Positions 46,548-57,159 of a stretch of DNA of 64,000 bases are shown one piece after another (positions within the stretch are counted from its first letter, which is position 1; every line of letters starts with the position of its first letter). The notes beneath the pieces are model-generated. The model ran no database searches. It was given only the letters and a program-made list of their open reading frames with translations, and had not been told where the DNA came from. This DNA is from Torpedo marmorata (Eukaryota): assembly GCA_977017645.1 (NCBI GenBank), contig OZ360220.1, positions 287,618,001-287,682,000 on the forward strand. Direction: 5' to 3'. The position numbers and the translations under genes are program-made.

Positions 46548-49500
46548 ATAAGGTTGGTGACAGAGGACATCCCTGTCTCGTAGAGCATGTTAAAGAAAAT
46601 TTTGGCGAAATTTGTCCTTTTGTAATTACTTTAGCTGATGGTTCTTTATATATAGTTTTAATCCAATTTATAAATGTATTTCCAAAACCAAATTTTACTA
46701 ATACCTTAAATAAAAAATCCCATTCTAATCTATCAAAAGCCTTTTCAGCGTCTAATGTTACAACTAATGGTAGATCTTGTTTCTTTTTATGCAAACTAAT
46801 TAAACTAATTAATCTAGCTATATTATCTTTTGAATATCTATTTTTGATAAAACCAGCTTGGTCTATATGTATCAAATCTGGCAAATATTTAGCTATTCTG
46901 TTTGCTAAAATTTTTGCCATTATTTTATAGTCTACATTTAATAATGAAATAGGTCTATATGATTCAGTTTTTAATACATCCCTATCCTTCTTTGGTATAA
47001 CTGTAATTATAGCATTTTAAAATGTTTTCGGTAATGAATGAGTTTCCGTAATTTGATCTAGTACTTCCATATATGGAGGTATCAATAAATCTTTAAATTC
47101 TTTATAAAATTCTGATGTAAACCCATCATCACCCGGAGATTTACCACTCTTCAGCGAAGAAAAAACTTCACTAACTTCCCTCATTGTAAAAAACACAAAA
47201 GCTGGAGAACTCAGCAGGTCAAACAGTGTCTTTTATGTAGCAAAGGAAGAAATACATAACCGACGTTTCGGGCTTGAGCCCTTCATCAAAGTATGATACT
47301 TTGATGAAGGGCTCAAGCCCGAAACGTCGGTTATGTATTTCTTCCTTTCCTACATAAAAGACACTGTTTGACCTGCTGAGTTCTCCAGCTTTTGTGTTTT
47401 TTACTCTAACCACGGTGTCTACAGATTTTCGTGTTTACTTCCCTCATTGTAAAAGGCAGATCTAAAGAATCTCTACTCTGAATGTTCAATTTAGGTAATG
47501 TAATTTTGGATAGGAATCTATTAATTTTAGAATCATCTTGGTCAATCTGCGATTTATATAAATTCTGATAATAATCTTTAAAAGATTCATTTATCTCTTG
47601 AGGTTTATAAGTTATTTCTCCAGTATTTTTCTTCCTTATAGCATTTATAGTTTTAGAAACTTGTTCTTTTTTCGATTGCCATGCCAAAACCTTATGGGCT
47701 CTTTCCCCTAATTCATAATATCTTTGTTTAGTTTTCTCAATTAATTTTTCCATTTTATATGTTTGTAACAAATTATAATGTAATTTCTTCCCTATTAAAC
47801 GATTTATTTTTTGAATTGATCTATTTCTCTGTAAATCCTTTTCCATAAGTTCAATTTCCTTCTCAAGTTTTTCTGATTCCTTAAGATAATCTATCTTAAT
47901 TTTAACTGAATAGCTTATTATTAGACCCCTTAAATAAGCTTTTAAAGCTTCCCACACAATAAATTTATCATTAATAGAATTAGCATTTATTCGCAAAAAT
48001 TCCTGAATTTCTCTTCTTATGAATTCACAAAAATCTTTCCTTTTTAATAAAGACGGAACAAATCTCCAATTATATATAGTTTTTTCTTTTTCCGGAATTA
48101 TACAAGCCTTATACACCAGCCTTATTTGTTTTGGCGATAGAACCTTTGGCTGAATTAGTTAGAAAAGATCCTAAGATAGTGGGTATTAAAGTTGGTATGG
48201 AAGAACGTAAGATTAGTTTGTTTGCAGATGATGTATTGATATATATGACAAAATCTATTACATCACTTCAACAACTATCTATCATATTAAGAGAATATGG
48301 TGAAATATCTGGATATAAAATTAATTCTGATAAAAGTGAAATAATGGCCTTATCTCAAGGTGATTATACTAGATGTAAAGAAATTACACAATTTAAATGG
48401 GCTAAAGAAGGAATTAAATATTTGGGAGTTAAGGTTGATACAAAATTGGAAAATTTATATAAATTAAACTATCTATAATTATTTGTGAAAATAAAGAAAG
48501 ATTTAGAGAATTGGAAAGATTTACCCATAACTTTAATGGGAAGAGTAAATTGTATCAAAATGAATATTTTTCCAAGAATTCAGTATCTTTTTCAATCAAT
48601 TCCTTTTGGAAATCCTCAAAAAATTTTTAAAGATTTAAATTTTATTATTAGGAAATTTTTATAGAAAGGAAAGTTAGCAAGAGTAAGTACGGAAAAGTTA
48701 ACTTGGAATTATGAGATGGGTGGATTGCAACTTCCTAATTTTCAAAATTATTATAAAGCAGCTCAATTAAAATTTGTTAATGAATTTTTTGATTCAACTA
48801 AATCTTCTGTTTGGATTAAAATAGAATTAAATAATATAGGAGAAGATCTTAAAGAAGAAATTATTTATAAATGGGATTCTAAATTAATATCAGTAAAAAA
48901 GAAAAATTCACCAATTATTAAACATTTGTTAGAAATATGGGGTAAGACGGATAAAGAAATAGGTGGAAAATGATTGATTTCTTCAAATACGCCATTATAT
49001 CAAAATGGACTTATATCATTTACTGTTAATAATCAGTTACTTAAAATTTGGTTTCAAAAAGGTATTAAGAAGATTAGTGATTGTTTTGAAGCTGGAAAAT
49101 TTATTACGTTTCAAAGAATGAAAGATAAATTTAATATATCAGATCATACATTTTTAGCTTATTATCAAGTTAAAGCTTTTTTGACTGAGAAATTAGGTTA
49201 TGCCTTGATTCTACCGAGACAAAATGAATTAGAATTATTAGTTACTAATGGAGATGTCAATAAATTCATTTCTCAAATGTATAAATTGTTTCAGAGGAAA
49301 ATGCCTAAAATAGGATTGCATAAATCAAGATTAAAATGGGAATTAGATTTAAATGTAAATATAGACAAAAATCATCGGAAAGATTGATGTAAATTAAGTA
49401 TGACAAAGATTATCAATGTTAGATATAGACTAGTACAATATAATTTTTTTCATCATTATTTAACACCTAAAAAACTAAAGAAATTTAATCCGATATTATC

Positions 49501-50185
49501 AGGCTTATGTTTTAGATGTAATAGAGAGGAAGGTTCTTTTGTTCATTCTACATGGTTTTGTCCAAAAATTCAAGATTTTTGGTTGAAAGTTAAAAATTTT
49601 TTAGATAAAGTATTTAAGATTGCATTTCCAATGGATCCTATGTTATTTTTATTTGGAGATATTAAAAAAATTAGTATTAAGAAGAAATTAAATATGTATC
49701 AAGTAGAATTTTTGCGAATTGCTTTAGCTGTTTCAAAAAAATGCATTGCTATTACTTGGAAATCTGATTTAGATTTAGGATTAGAAAGATGGCATGCAGA
49801 ACTTTGTTCGTGTATACCACTTGAAAAAATAACTTATAATTTACGTAATAAATATAATTTTTTCTTGAAAATTTGGAGCCCATATATGAGAGCCGTGGGT
49901 TTAAGGATTTGAAGATCTCTGGATATCGGATCTGCTGGCATATTTGACCTCCATAATAGAATTAGTTTAGAAGGTATTCCCCTTATTCTATTCTTTTCTT
50001 TCTTTCTTTTTTCTATTTCACTTTAATTATTTATTTTTATTTTTTTACTAGATTAGTGGGGATGTGGGGGTTGGGGAGGGGAGGGAGGGTGGGCGGGTGA
50101 AAATGTATCACATGTATTTTGATAATTTTATATCTTATCTCATGTATTTTGTGATTTAAAAATTTAAATAAAATAATTTTTAAAA
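46548..50185 (+). mobile_element. L1-clade LINE, 5'-truncated with 5' inversion (46548-48113 inverted)
   Basis: 18-bp TSD AAGTGGCTTTTAAAATAA (46530-46547 and 50186-50203). ORF2 motifs YYELGERAHKVLAWQ, DQAGFI, DAEKAFD and QGCPLSP on minus. FADD, GGLQLPN and the CCHC finger on plus. AATAAA and an A-rich tail. Confidence 0.95.
47192..47436 (+). mobile_element. Minimal non-coding Penelope derivative (fold-back pLTR + tail)
   Basis: 18-bp TSD ACTTCCCTCATTGTAAAA (47174-47191 and 47437-47454). 109-bp inverted arms centred on 47295, with hammerheads at 47255-47295 (-) and 47296-47335 (+). Confidence 0.92.
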
Positions 50186-53100
50186 AAGTGGCTTTTAAAA
50201 TAAGTAAGACAACTTCTGACTGCCTATAAGAAGCAGCCTCGTGTGTCCATGAAAAGATGGTCACTCCTGATTAAAAAAGAAATCATCATGAAGATTACAG
50301 TTCCGTAACGCTAACAAGATAGGGGGAAACTTGTGAAAACACTCTTATGAAGACAACTCATTAAAAGACTCGTGAGTTAAGAAAAGATCTTGAAGTACAA
50401 CAAGAAGTTTGAAACTGGACTTTAAAATTGACTTTTTCAGATTCAAGTTTAAACTGAAATAGTTTGGACTTTAACACACACACATTTACATTTGCGCATA
50501 GTGGGGTTTAAGTTAGAGTTAAGTTTAGAGATAAGTAAGGTATGTTATGTTATTAATAGTTTAAATAAAACTATTCTTTTGAATTTACCATTGTCTGGTG
50601 AATCTTCCATTGCTGTTCCTTTGTTTGTACTAACAGGGTTTGTTAGTTCGTAACACAGTAAATGGTAGGGCACTGAGGAGTGCAGTAGAACAGAGGGATC
50701 TGGGAATACAGATACATAATTCCCTGAAAGTGGTGTCACAGGTGGATAGGGTTGCAAAGAGAGCTTTTGACATATTGGCCTTCATAAATCAAAGTATTGA
50801 GTATAAGATTTGGGATGTTATGGTAAAGTTGTCTAAGACATTGGTGAGGCCAAGTTTGGAGTATTATGTGCAGATTTGGTCACCTAACTACAGGAAAGGT
50901 ATCAATAAAATTGAAAGAGTGCAGAGACGATTTACTAGGATGTTGCCCGGACTTCAGGAACTGAGATACAGGAAAAGAATAAACAGGTTAGGACATTATT
51001 GCCTGGAGCATAGAAAAATGAGGGGAGATTTGATAGAGGTATTAAAATTATGAGGGGGATAGACAGAGTAAATGTAGATAGACTTTTTCCACTGCCACTG
51101 AGGGTAGGTGAGATACAAACCAGAGGACATGGGTTAAGGGTGAAAGGGGAAAAGTTCAGTGGGAGCATTAGGGGAAATTTCTTCACCCAGAGAGTGGTGG
51201 GAGTGTGGAACGAGCTGCCAGCTGAAGTGGTGAATGCGGGCTCAATTTTAACATTTAAGAAGAATTTTGACAGGTACATGGATGGGAGAGGTATAGAGGG
51301 CCATGGACTGGGTGCAGGTCAGTTGAGACAAGGCCGAATAACAGTTCAGCACAGATTAGTAGGGGCGAAGGGCCTGTTTCCGTGCTGTAATGTTCTATGG
51401 TTCTATGTGGGATGTAATCAAAGAGTAAATTAGACATTGACAGCTTTTGCGGACGGAATTAATCCCAGGACTCTGGCACTGAGGCTGTGACTGTCCTACC
51501 TGCAGCATTGTGCCACCCTAAACCACATGGCACATACAGTTCTGACCAATTTGCAAGCCCTTACTCGCAGTCACCCAAACAGCACTGTGAATTCAGGATC
51601 TTTGAGGAATATCTACTTCCATTCTCTGAAGATGTTTTCTCTGTTAATTTTACACACTCATTGCAAATGCACTTCTGAACATTTCTACTACTTCTTCTTA
51701 TCAAATATTCTGTCTCATAACTATTTTGTTAGAGCAGCAGACAGTCTACTGTCTGCTAGTTGAAGATCTCAGTGCCACCTAAGTGGTCTGTTTGGACAGA
51801 GCCAATCCACAATAAGGTGTGAGTGCCTCTTGGGTTTCCTCACTGTCTGATGCTGTGATTCCTCCCAATCCATATGGTTCGATCCAGCCTGGGGCCCTTT
51901 ACTGTTGGTCCGTACTCTTGGACAATAAATGACTAGCCCATCTGTACCCATTGGCGACCCGACAGTTCACTTCCCATAGATTTAAGGGTCCCCTGCCTAG
52001 ATGCTCCAAACTGCTCTGCCTCAACAGGAAGTATTTTGTCAGTAAGCATCTTGGTGTTTGACTGCCTAATGTAACTGCAGTCTCAATATGCATGCTTCTT
52101 AATGCTTCCTCAATAACATGTCACAAGCAGTACTGTCCTATTCCCACCATCCTTACTCTGCATTGTTTGAAGTGCTATTGCTTTTACTGGCAGTTATTTT
52201 CTTTCTAGACAGACCTGGGAAATTTGCCCTAATTATGACAATTATATGATCGAGTCAACTTGATGGCTGGCTTTCCGGGCAAGGCCTTCTGCCTTTTGTA
52301 CTGATGTGACCTGCAGGTTCCCTGTTGAACCCACTTTTTGCATCCATGTGACTCCATTGTGAAGAAGCTTCACCGTTCCATACTGCACCTCAAAATTGTT
52401 CCCTGAATGACATTGCCTCACATTTACACATATCTTCTCAAGCACTGTGTCAAGCATATTAAATATTTTTCACGAATGTTCTCATTTTGTCAGTCATCAC
52501 ACTGAGCAATCCTGCAACGCCCGATCTTAAAAAAAAATCCAGAAATCTCTCCTTTATTGCTGAGCGCAAATTTAGCTAATTTTCTCTGGTTCCTGGTTGC
52601 TCAGTTCCAAATTGCAGTTCCTGAAAATCTCTGATGGTGTAAACATGAAATATAGAACATTGAACATTACAGCACAGTACAGGCCCTTTGGCCCATAATG
52701 TTGTGCCGACTGATAGAAACCTACTCAACAAACGAAACCTTCCCTACCTTACACCTGTAACCCTCCATTTTTATTCCTTCAAAGGTTTTACTGTATTCTC
52801 ACTGTTTACAATACTCATCAAAATCTCAGGCCCCTGGTCCTACCTTCAGCCTTCCATGTTGGCTACACTCACATATGGCCCTGTTCCTCAATATGGTTTT
52901 GACAATATGGTTTGCACCAGGTGCATTTTGACTCATTACATATGCAGAGCAAGTGGCAGAGTGCACTCGTATAATTTGAGCTCATTGACATGCCTGACAC
53001 ATCCGCTACCTGCCATCACCATTGTTTTACTGAGAGAATTCCATCCTCCATGTTCTTTGCACTAAATCACTATTTTGCAACTCACTAATGTGTCAACATT

Positions 53101-54394
53101 TTAAACTTGCCACCAATGTAGTGATTGTAGATTCTTTAGTCTTGTTGCTTGTAAAGCAACCAACAGATTTAGAGCTATCAGCAGAACATCCTTTAATGAT
53201 GACAATGTCTGGTAACACAAGGCATCAAAAGTCATACCACACTCAATGATTTGAAGTATGCTCCATTGCACTCCTTTCCACCAATTGGCTGTACATTGGA
53301 ATTCTCTTTTCCAACCCTGGATCCTCCCTTCTCCAGTTCCAGTCTCAGCTCCAGCTTGCTTCCTCCATGATCTCTTCTCCCCACAGAATGGGAAATTAAG
53401 GAGGAAAGATCTTGAATGAATTGGGCCATGTGTTCATTAGAATACTGTTATCTGTGACCCTGTCCAAACCTGACACAGGTCTTCGTACAGAGAATGCTGC
53501 AATTTTTAGATCACTGGCTTAGCAGCGGTACTTTGCAAGGGACATATTCCCATCTACTAAGATGTACCTACTTATTTTTGGAACCTGGTCAGAAATCTGG
53601 AGGTTGTGAAAAATGTTTAATGCATCCTACAACTACAGGGGTCAAGTCTAAAAATTCCAGCAGTTAATAAAATAAGAAAAGAAATCCAGTCTAATATCTG
53701 ATCTACGCTGGTTTACAAAGGACTGGCAATGTCATTATTCCAAATGACCTTGCATTCTTCAGTAATTTTACAATGTGCGCTTTAATGGAAATTATTTGTA
53801 ATTATATTTCAATAGAGTTGTGAGATCAGATTTTCCAATAACATCACTTTCATATTTCTAAATGGTTCGTCCTAAATGGAGGGAAAGCCTTAGGGTGACC
53901 TAATATAAATTAAACCATACTGATTCACATTCAAGATTATTGGAGCAGTTTCAGATAGCCTCTTGCTGGCTCTACTCAGCAAGAGGCTGAGTGCCTCTTG
54001 TTGCTGCCTGCCTGACATCAGGACAGTATACTGAAGATGAGTAAAGCTGTCAGGAGGTAATGTGATTGTTTCAATTCCTAGGTTACGGTTGACTGATGCT
54101 GGGCCATGGTAAAACCTTCCCACTTTTCTTCCCTTCCTCGGTTAATGAAGTGTGTGGCCCAGATTAGATGCTGGTATTGAATGAGGTTTCCCTAACGGTA
54201 CAAGGTGAGCCAACAGGTCACCACTATTACTGCATTGGGGGCTGAGGCTGAAGTTCGGTTGCCCTCAGAGACTCTTGGTCTGGAGATGCTCAAGACATAT
54301 TTTATCAATAACATCTCATTTAGAGGACCCGAACAAATTTGAACTGCTCCAAATAAAAGTTATCAGTTAGAAATAAATGAATCGAAATGTTTTT

Positions 54395-54502
54395 AAATTA
54401 AAAAAATTTTAAATTTAGACATACAGCACTGTAACAGGCCAATTCGGCCCTACGAGTCCGTGCCGCCCAATTTACACCCCATTAACCTACACCTCGGTAC
54501 GT
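54395..54502 (-). mobile_element. 5'-truncated HE1/V-SINE-like SINE
   Basis: Reverse complement of the 3' part of 30480-30576. Confidence 0.8.
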
Positions 54503-55878
54503 TTTTTTTGTGTTTCTTTGGAGTTGCTGGTTTACATTTGGTAAATTGATATCGGAAATAATATTAATGCTGGAGTACAGGGCTCCTGCTATATTTTGAA
54601 CAGAATTTCAGCACTAGAGTGGAGACAGTTCCAAGGAAATTTCCAGCTGTTGTAATCATAATTTTCTTTTACTTCATATAGAAAAATTATAACGATAGTG
54701 AGTTTATTGTCACATACATTGTACAATACATCAAAAGTCTTATTTTCTGCAGCCAAACAGGTACTTCATGAAAAGAACTACAGCAGTGTACATACATTAA
54801 ATTAAAACTAGATAATAAATACAAAATATGGGTAATTAATAAATACACACAGTCATAGCCTGGAAAAAATCTGGAGGTAAATCGCCATTTACACTGTCAC
54901 TGGCAATTTGATTTTTGCACTGCTCCACCGCAGCTATGACTGAAGAAGTCTTTGACACATTGCTCCTCTTTGATGTCTGCCACCTGCTTCTCTTTCTATT
55001 AACAGGCAACCTTGCTGCTGTTGTGCTTGTAGGCATAGAGGAAGAGCCAACAAGGACCCACATTTAGAAAGAACAAGTTTTTAGCTAAAGCAATCACAGC
55101 ATTCTTGAAAATCTCACATTTTCCAAAACAGAAATTGCACTGTCCCTCTCTAGCCGACCAATCACCAATAAACCTGTAAATGATCCAGAGCCCCTGCCAA
55201 AGATGGCCGAGTCTTTCTTGCAGCATTGTGTTGCAGTTCAAACACATCCTATTGTCTGAATTGTTGAGATCCACTGCTGACAAATCAGTGCCGCATGAGG
55301 TTTGATGTCACAACCTCCCCATTCTTCAGGCTTCCAGAGAGCTGGAGTGTCAGTTACATTCTTAGGCTAGCAGAGACATGAGACATGTGTGGATGTCAGG
55401 GATAAAATCCCATCCAAGTTCATACACATATCCCAAAAAATATATGCCTCAGAACTTAATTTCAAGACGTGCTATTGCAGAAATTCTATAAATTTCATTG
55501 CAGAATCAGGAAAAATACGTGATCATTCAAAACTCATGTGAAAAATAAAATGTAATACAACAGTCTAGATATGGCACAGTCATCAAAAGAACACTCACCA
55601 CCCAGAAGAGTAAACAATGAATCCAAAAATGAACTTCAAGCCTTAATGAATCTAACATTACGACTAATTGAACTACTATTGAACATTATTTCCAAAGTCT
55701 TCTTTTCAACCTACTTTCACATACATGCTGTTTAATCTTTTGTCATTTCAAAGCTTCATTTTTTTTAACAATTTCATATCACTTCTTCTTTAGCCACAAG
55801 GATCTTGCATCCAAGTTCTATCTTGCAAAAAGACTCCCTAACCATTAGTTCTGTCCTTCATTTAATGTCCTTCATTTC

Positions 55879-56108
55879 GGGCGGCACAGTTACCATCGCG
55901 GTTAGCACAACGATGTTACAGCACCAGCGACCGGGGTTCGAATCCGGCGCTGTCTGTAAGGTGTTTGTACGTTCTCCCCGTGTCTGCATGTGTTTCCTCC
56001 GTGTGCTCCAGTTTCCTCCCACCCAGTTGGTCAACTGGGCGTAATTGGGCGGCATGGGCCAAATGGGACTGTTACCGTGCTGTTTGTCTAAATTTAAATT
56101 TAAATTTA
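55879..56108 (+). mobile_element. Full-length tRNA-derived HE1/V-SINE-like SINE
   Basis: Consensus B-box GGTTCGAATCC (55935-55945), V-domain, CR1-like tail and (TAAATT)3. Confidence 0.88.
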
Positions 56109-57159
56109 CTCTCTCAATTCCAGAATGTTGCCTACAAAATCTTGCTACAACTGTTAAAATTCTAATGTAATTTTGCTCCACTTCTGTAATCTTCTGCAAC
56201 ATTAGAACCGAGTGTGCATTCTCCAGTGATGATGTTCAGAATCTGATTGAATGCCTAATCCTTCATTTCCTGAATGTCCATCTATGGAGAATCCTGTACA
56301 GTCCAGCAAATCCTTCTTAAACCTGTCAATATGTTACATATTTATACTCTTTCAAATTACTCTGCAAATGGAACTTTTTGATCATGCCTCTTTTTATTAA
56401 TGCATGACACTCCGTGTCCATTGCCCCAGGTTGAAAAGGACCTTGGTATATTTGTTATCTGACGTCAACTTTCATCTTCTCCATTTCAGAACACTGGCAA
56501 AGACTATTGATGTTTAAGATATATGTTTTATTTTATATGTGGCAAATTAACAAAACTTAACAGCTCCATTAATTCTATTTGCTTCAATTTGCCAATTTTA
56601 ACCTCCGTAATGTTTTCAGACACAATTTGCTCAATTATCAGTGGTGAGGTATTTTCTCATTAGTATGAAGTGTTATGAGCTGTACAAATTTCACATATAA
56701 GCACATTTGCCTTGAATGCACATTTGGGGAATAGAGCATGTCCATAAGTTCTTCAAATTAAAAATTACAATTTTTTAATACAAAAAAATCTTTGCTACTT
56801 TAAACTTATTTAATTTTCAGCTGTTTCTCTTTCATGAGCTATGTATAAAATAAACAAAGGAGAGACCACAAAAAAGAAAAACATCTCACGATTGGCTCAC
56901 CTAGATCTGGTCTTTTGTTAATGCAAAAAATATTGTTTTTCTGTGAATTACTGATTAACAAAGGTTACTTGATATTTGCTACACCTATTTTTTGGTATTA
57001 TCAAATAATATCAAAAGGCTTCAACCCTACACAGAGCTCTAAAACCACAAAACATTGCAACTGCTGGAAATTTAAAATTAAAACAGAAAATACCAGAAAT
57101 ACTGAGCAGGTCAGGCCACAATGAGGGTAGAGAAACTGAGTTAACTTTTCAGGTCAATT

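Larger units (their letters stand above)
43194..50655 (+). mobile_element. Solo LTR, family B, split by pogo and L1 insertions
   Basis: Pieces 43194-43247, 46024-46547 and 50186-50655 are collinear with 18188-20309. Flanks CGGT / CAGT are a probable 4-bp TSD with CpG decay, and removal restores the CR1 peptide TYTVNGR. Confidence 0.85.
39340..51407 (+). mobile_element. Near full-length CR1 LINE (ORF1 zinc finger/leucine zipper + esterase; ORF2 APE-RT) with nested insertions
   Basis: ORF1 CSSC...CEKC...LELEL at 39551 and SGNH-like VVVHIGTND and DGLHLN at 39897-40177. APE at 40360-40830, RT at 41348-41806 and 42667-43193, C-terminus at 50656-51280, and a (GTTCTATG)2 tail. Possible degenerate TSD TGGGATGT(C/A)ATC(G/A)A. 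Confidence 0.92.

Noticed and set aside
47186-47404. Assembly artefact (read fold-back) or pre-miRNA
   Set aside because: It is flanked by a clean 18-bp TSD whose removal restores the L1 frame, has one mismatch between arms, and consists entirely of Penelope pLTR sequence.
55879-55955. tRNA gene
   Set aside because: The A/B boxes run directly into a V-domain and LINE-derived tail, so this is a SINE head.
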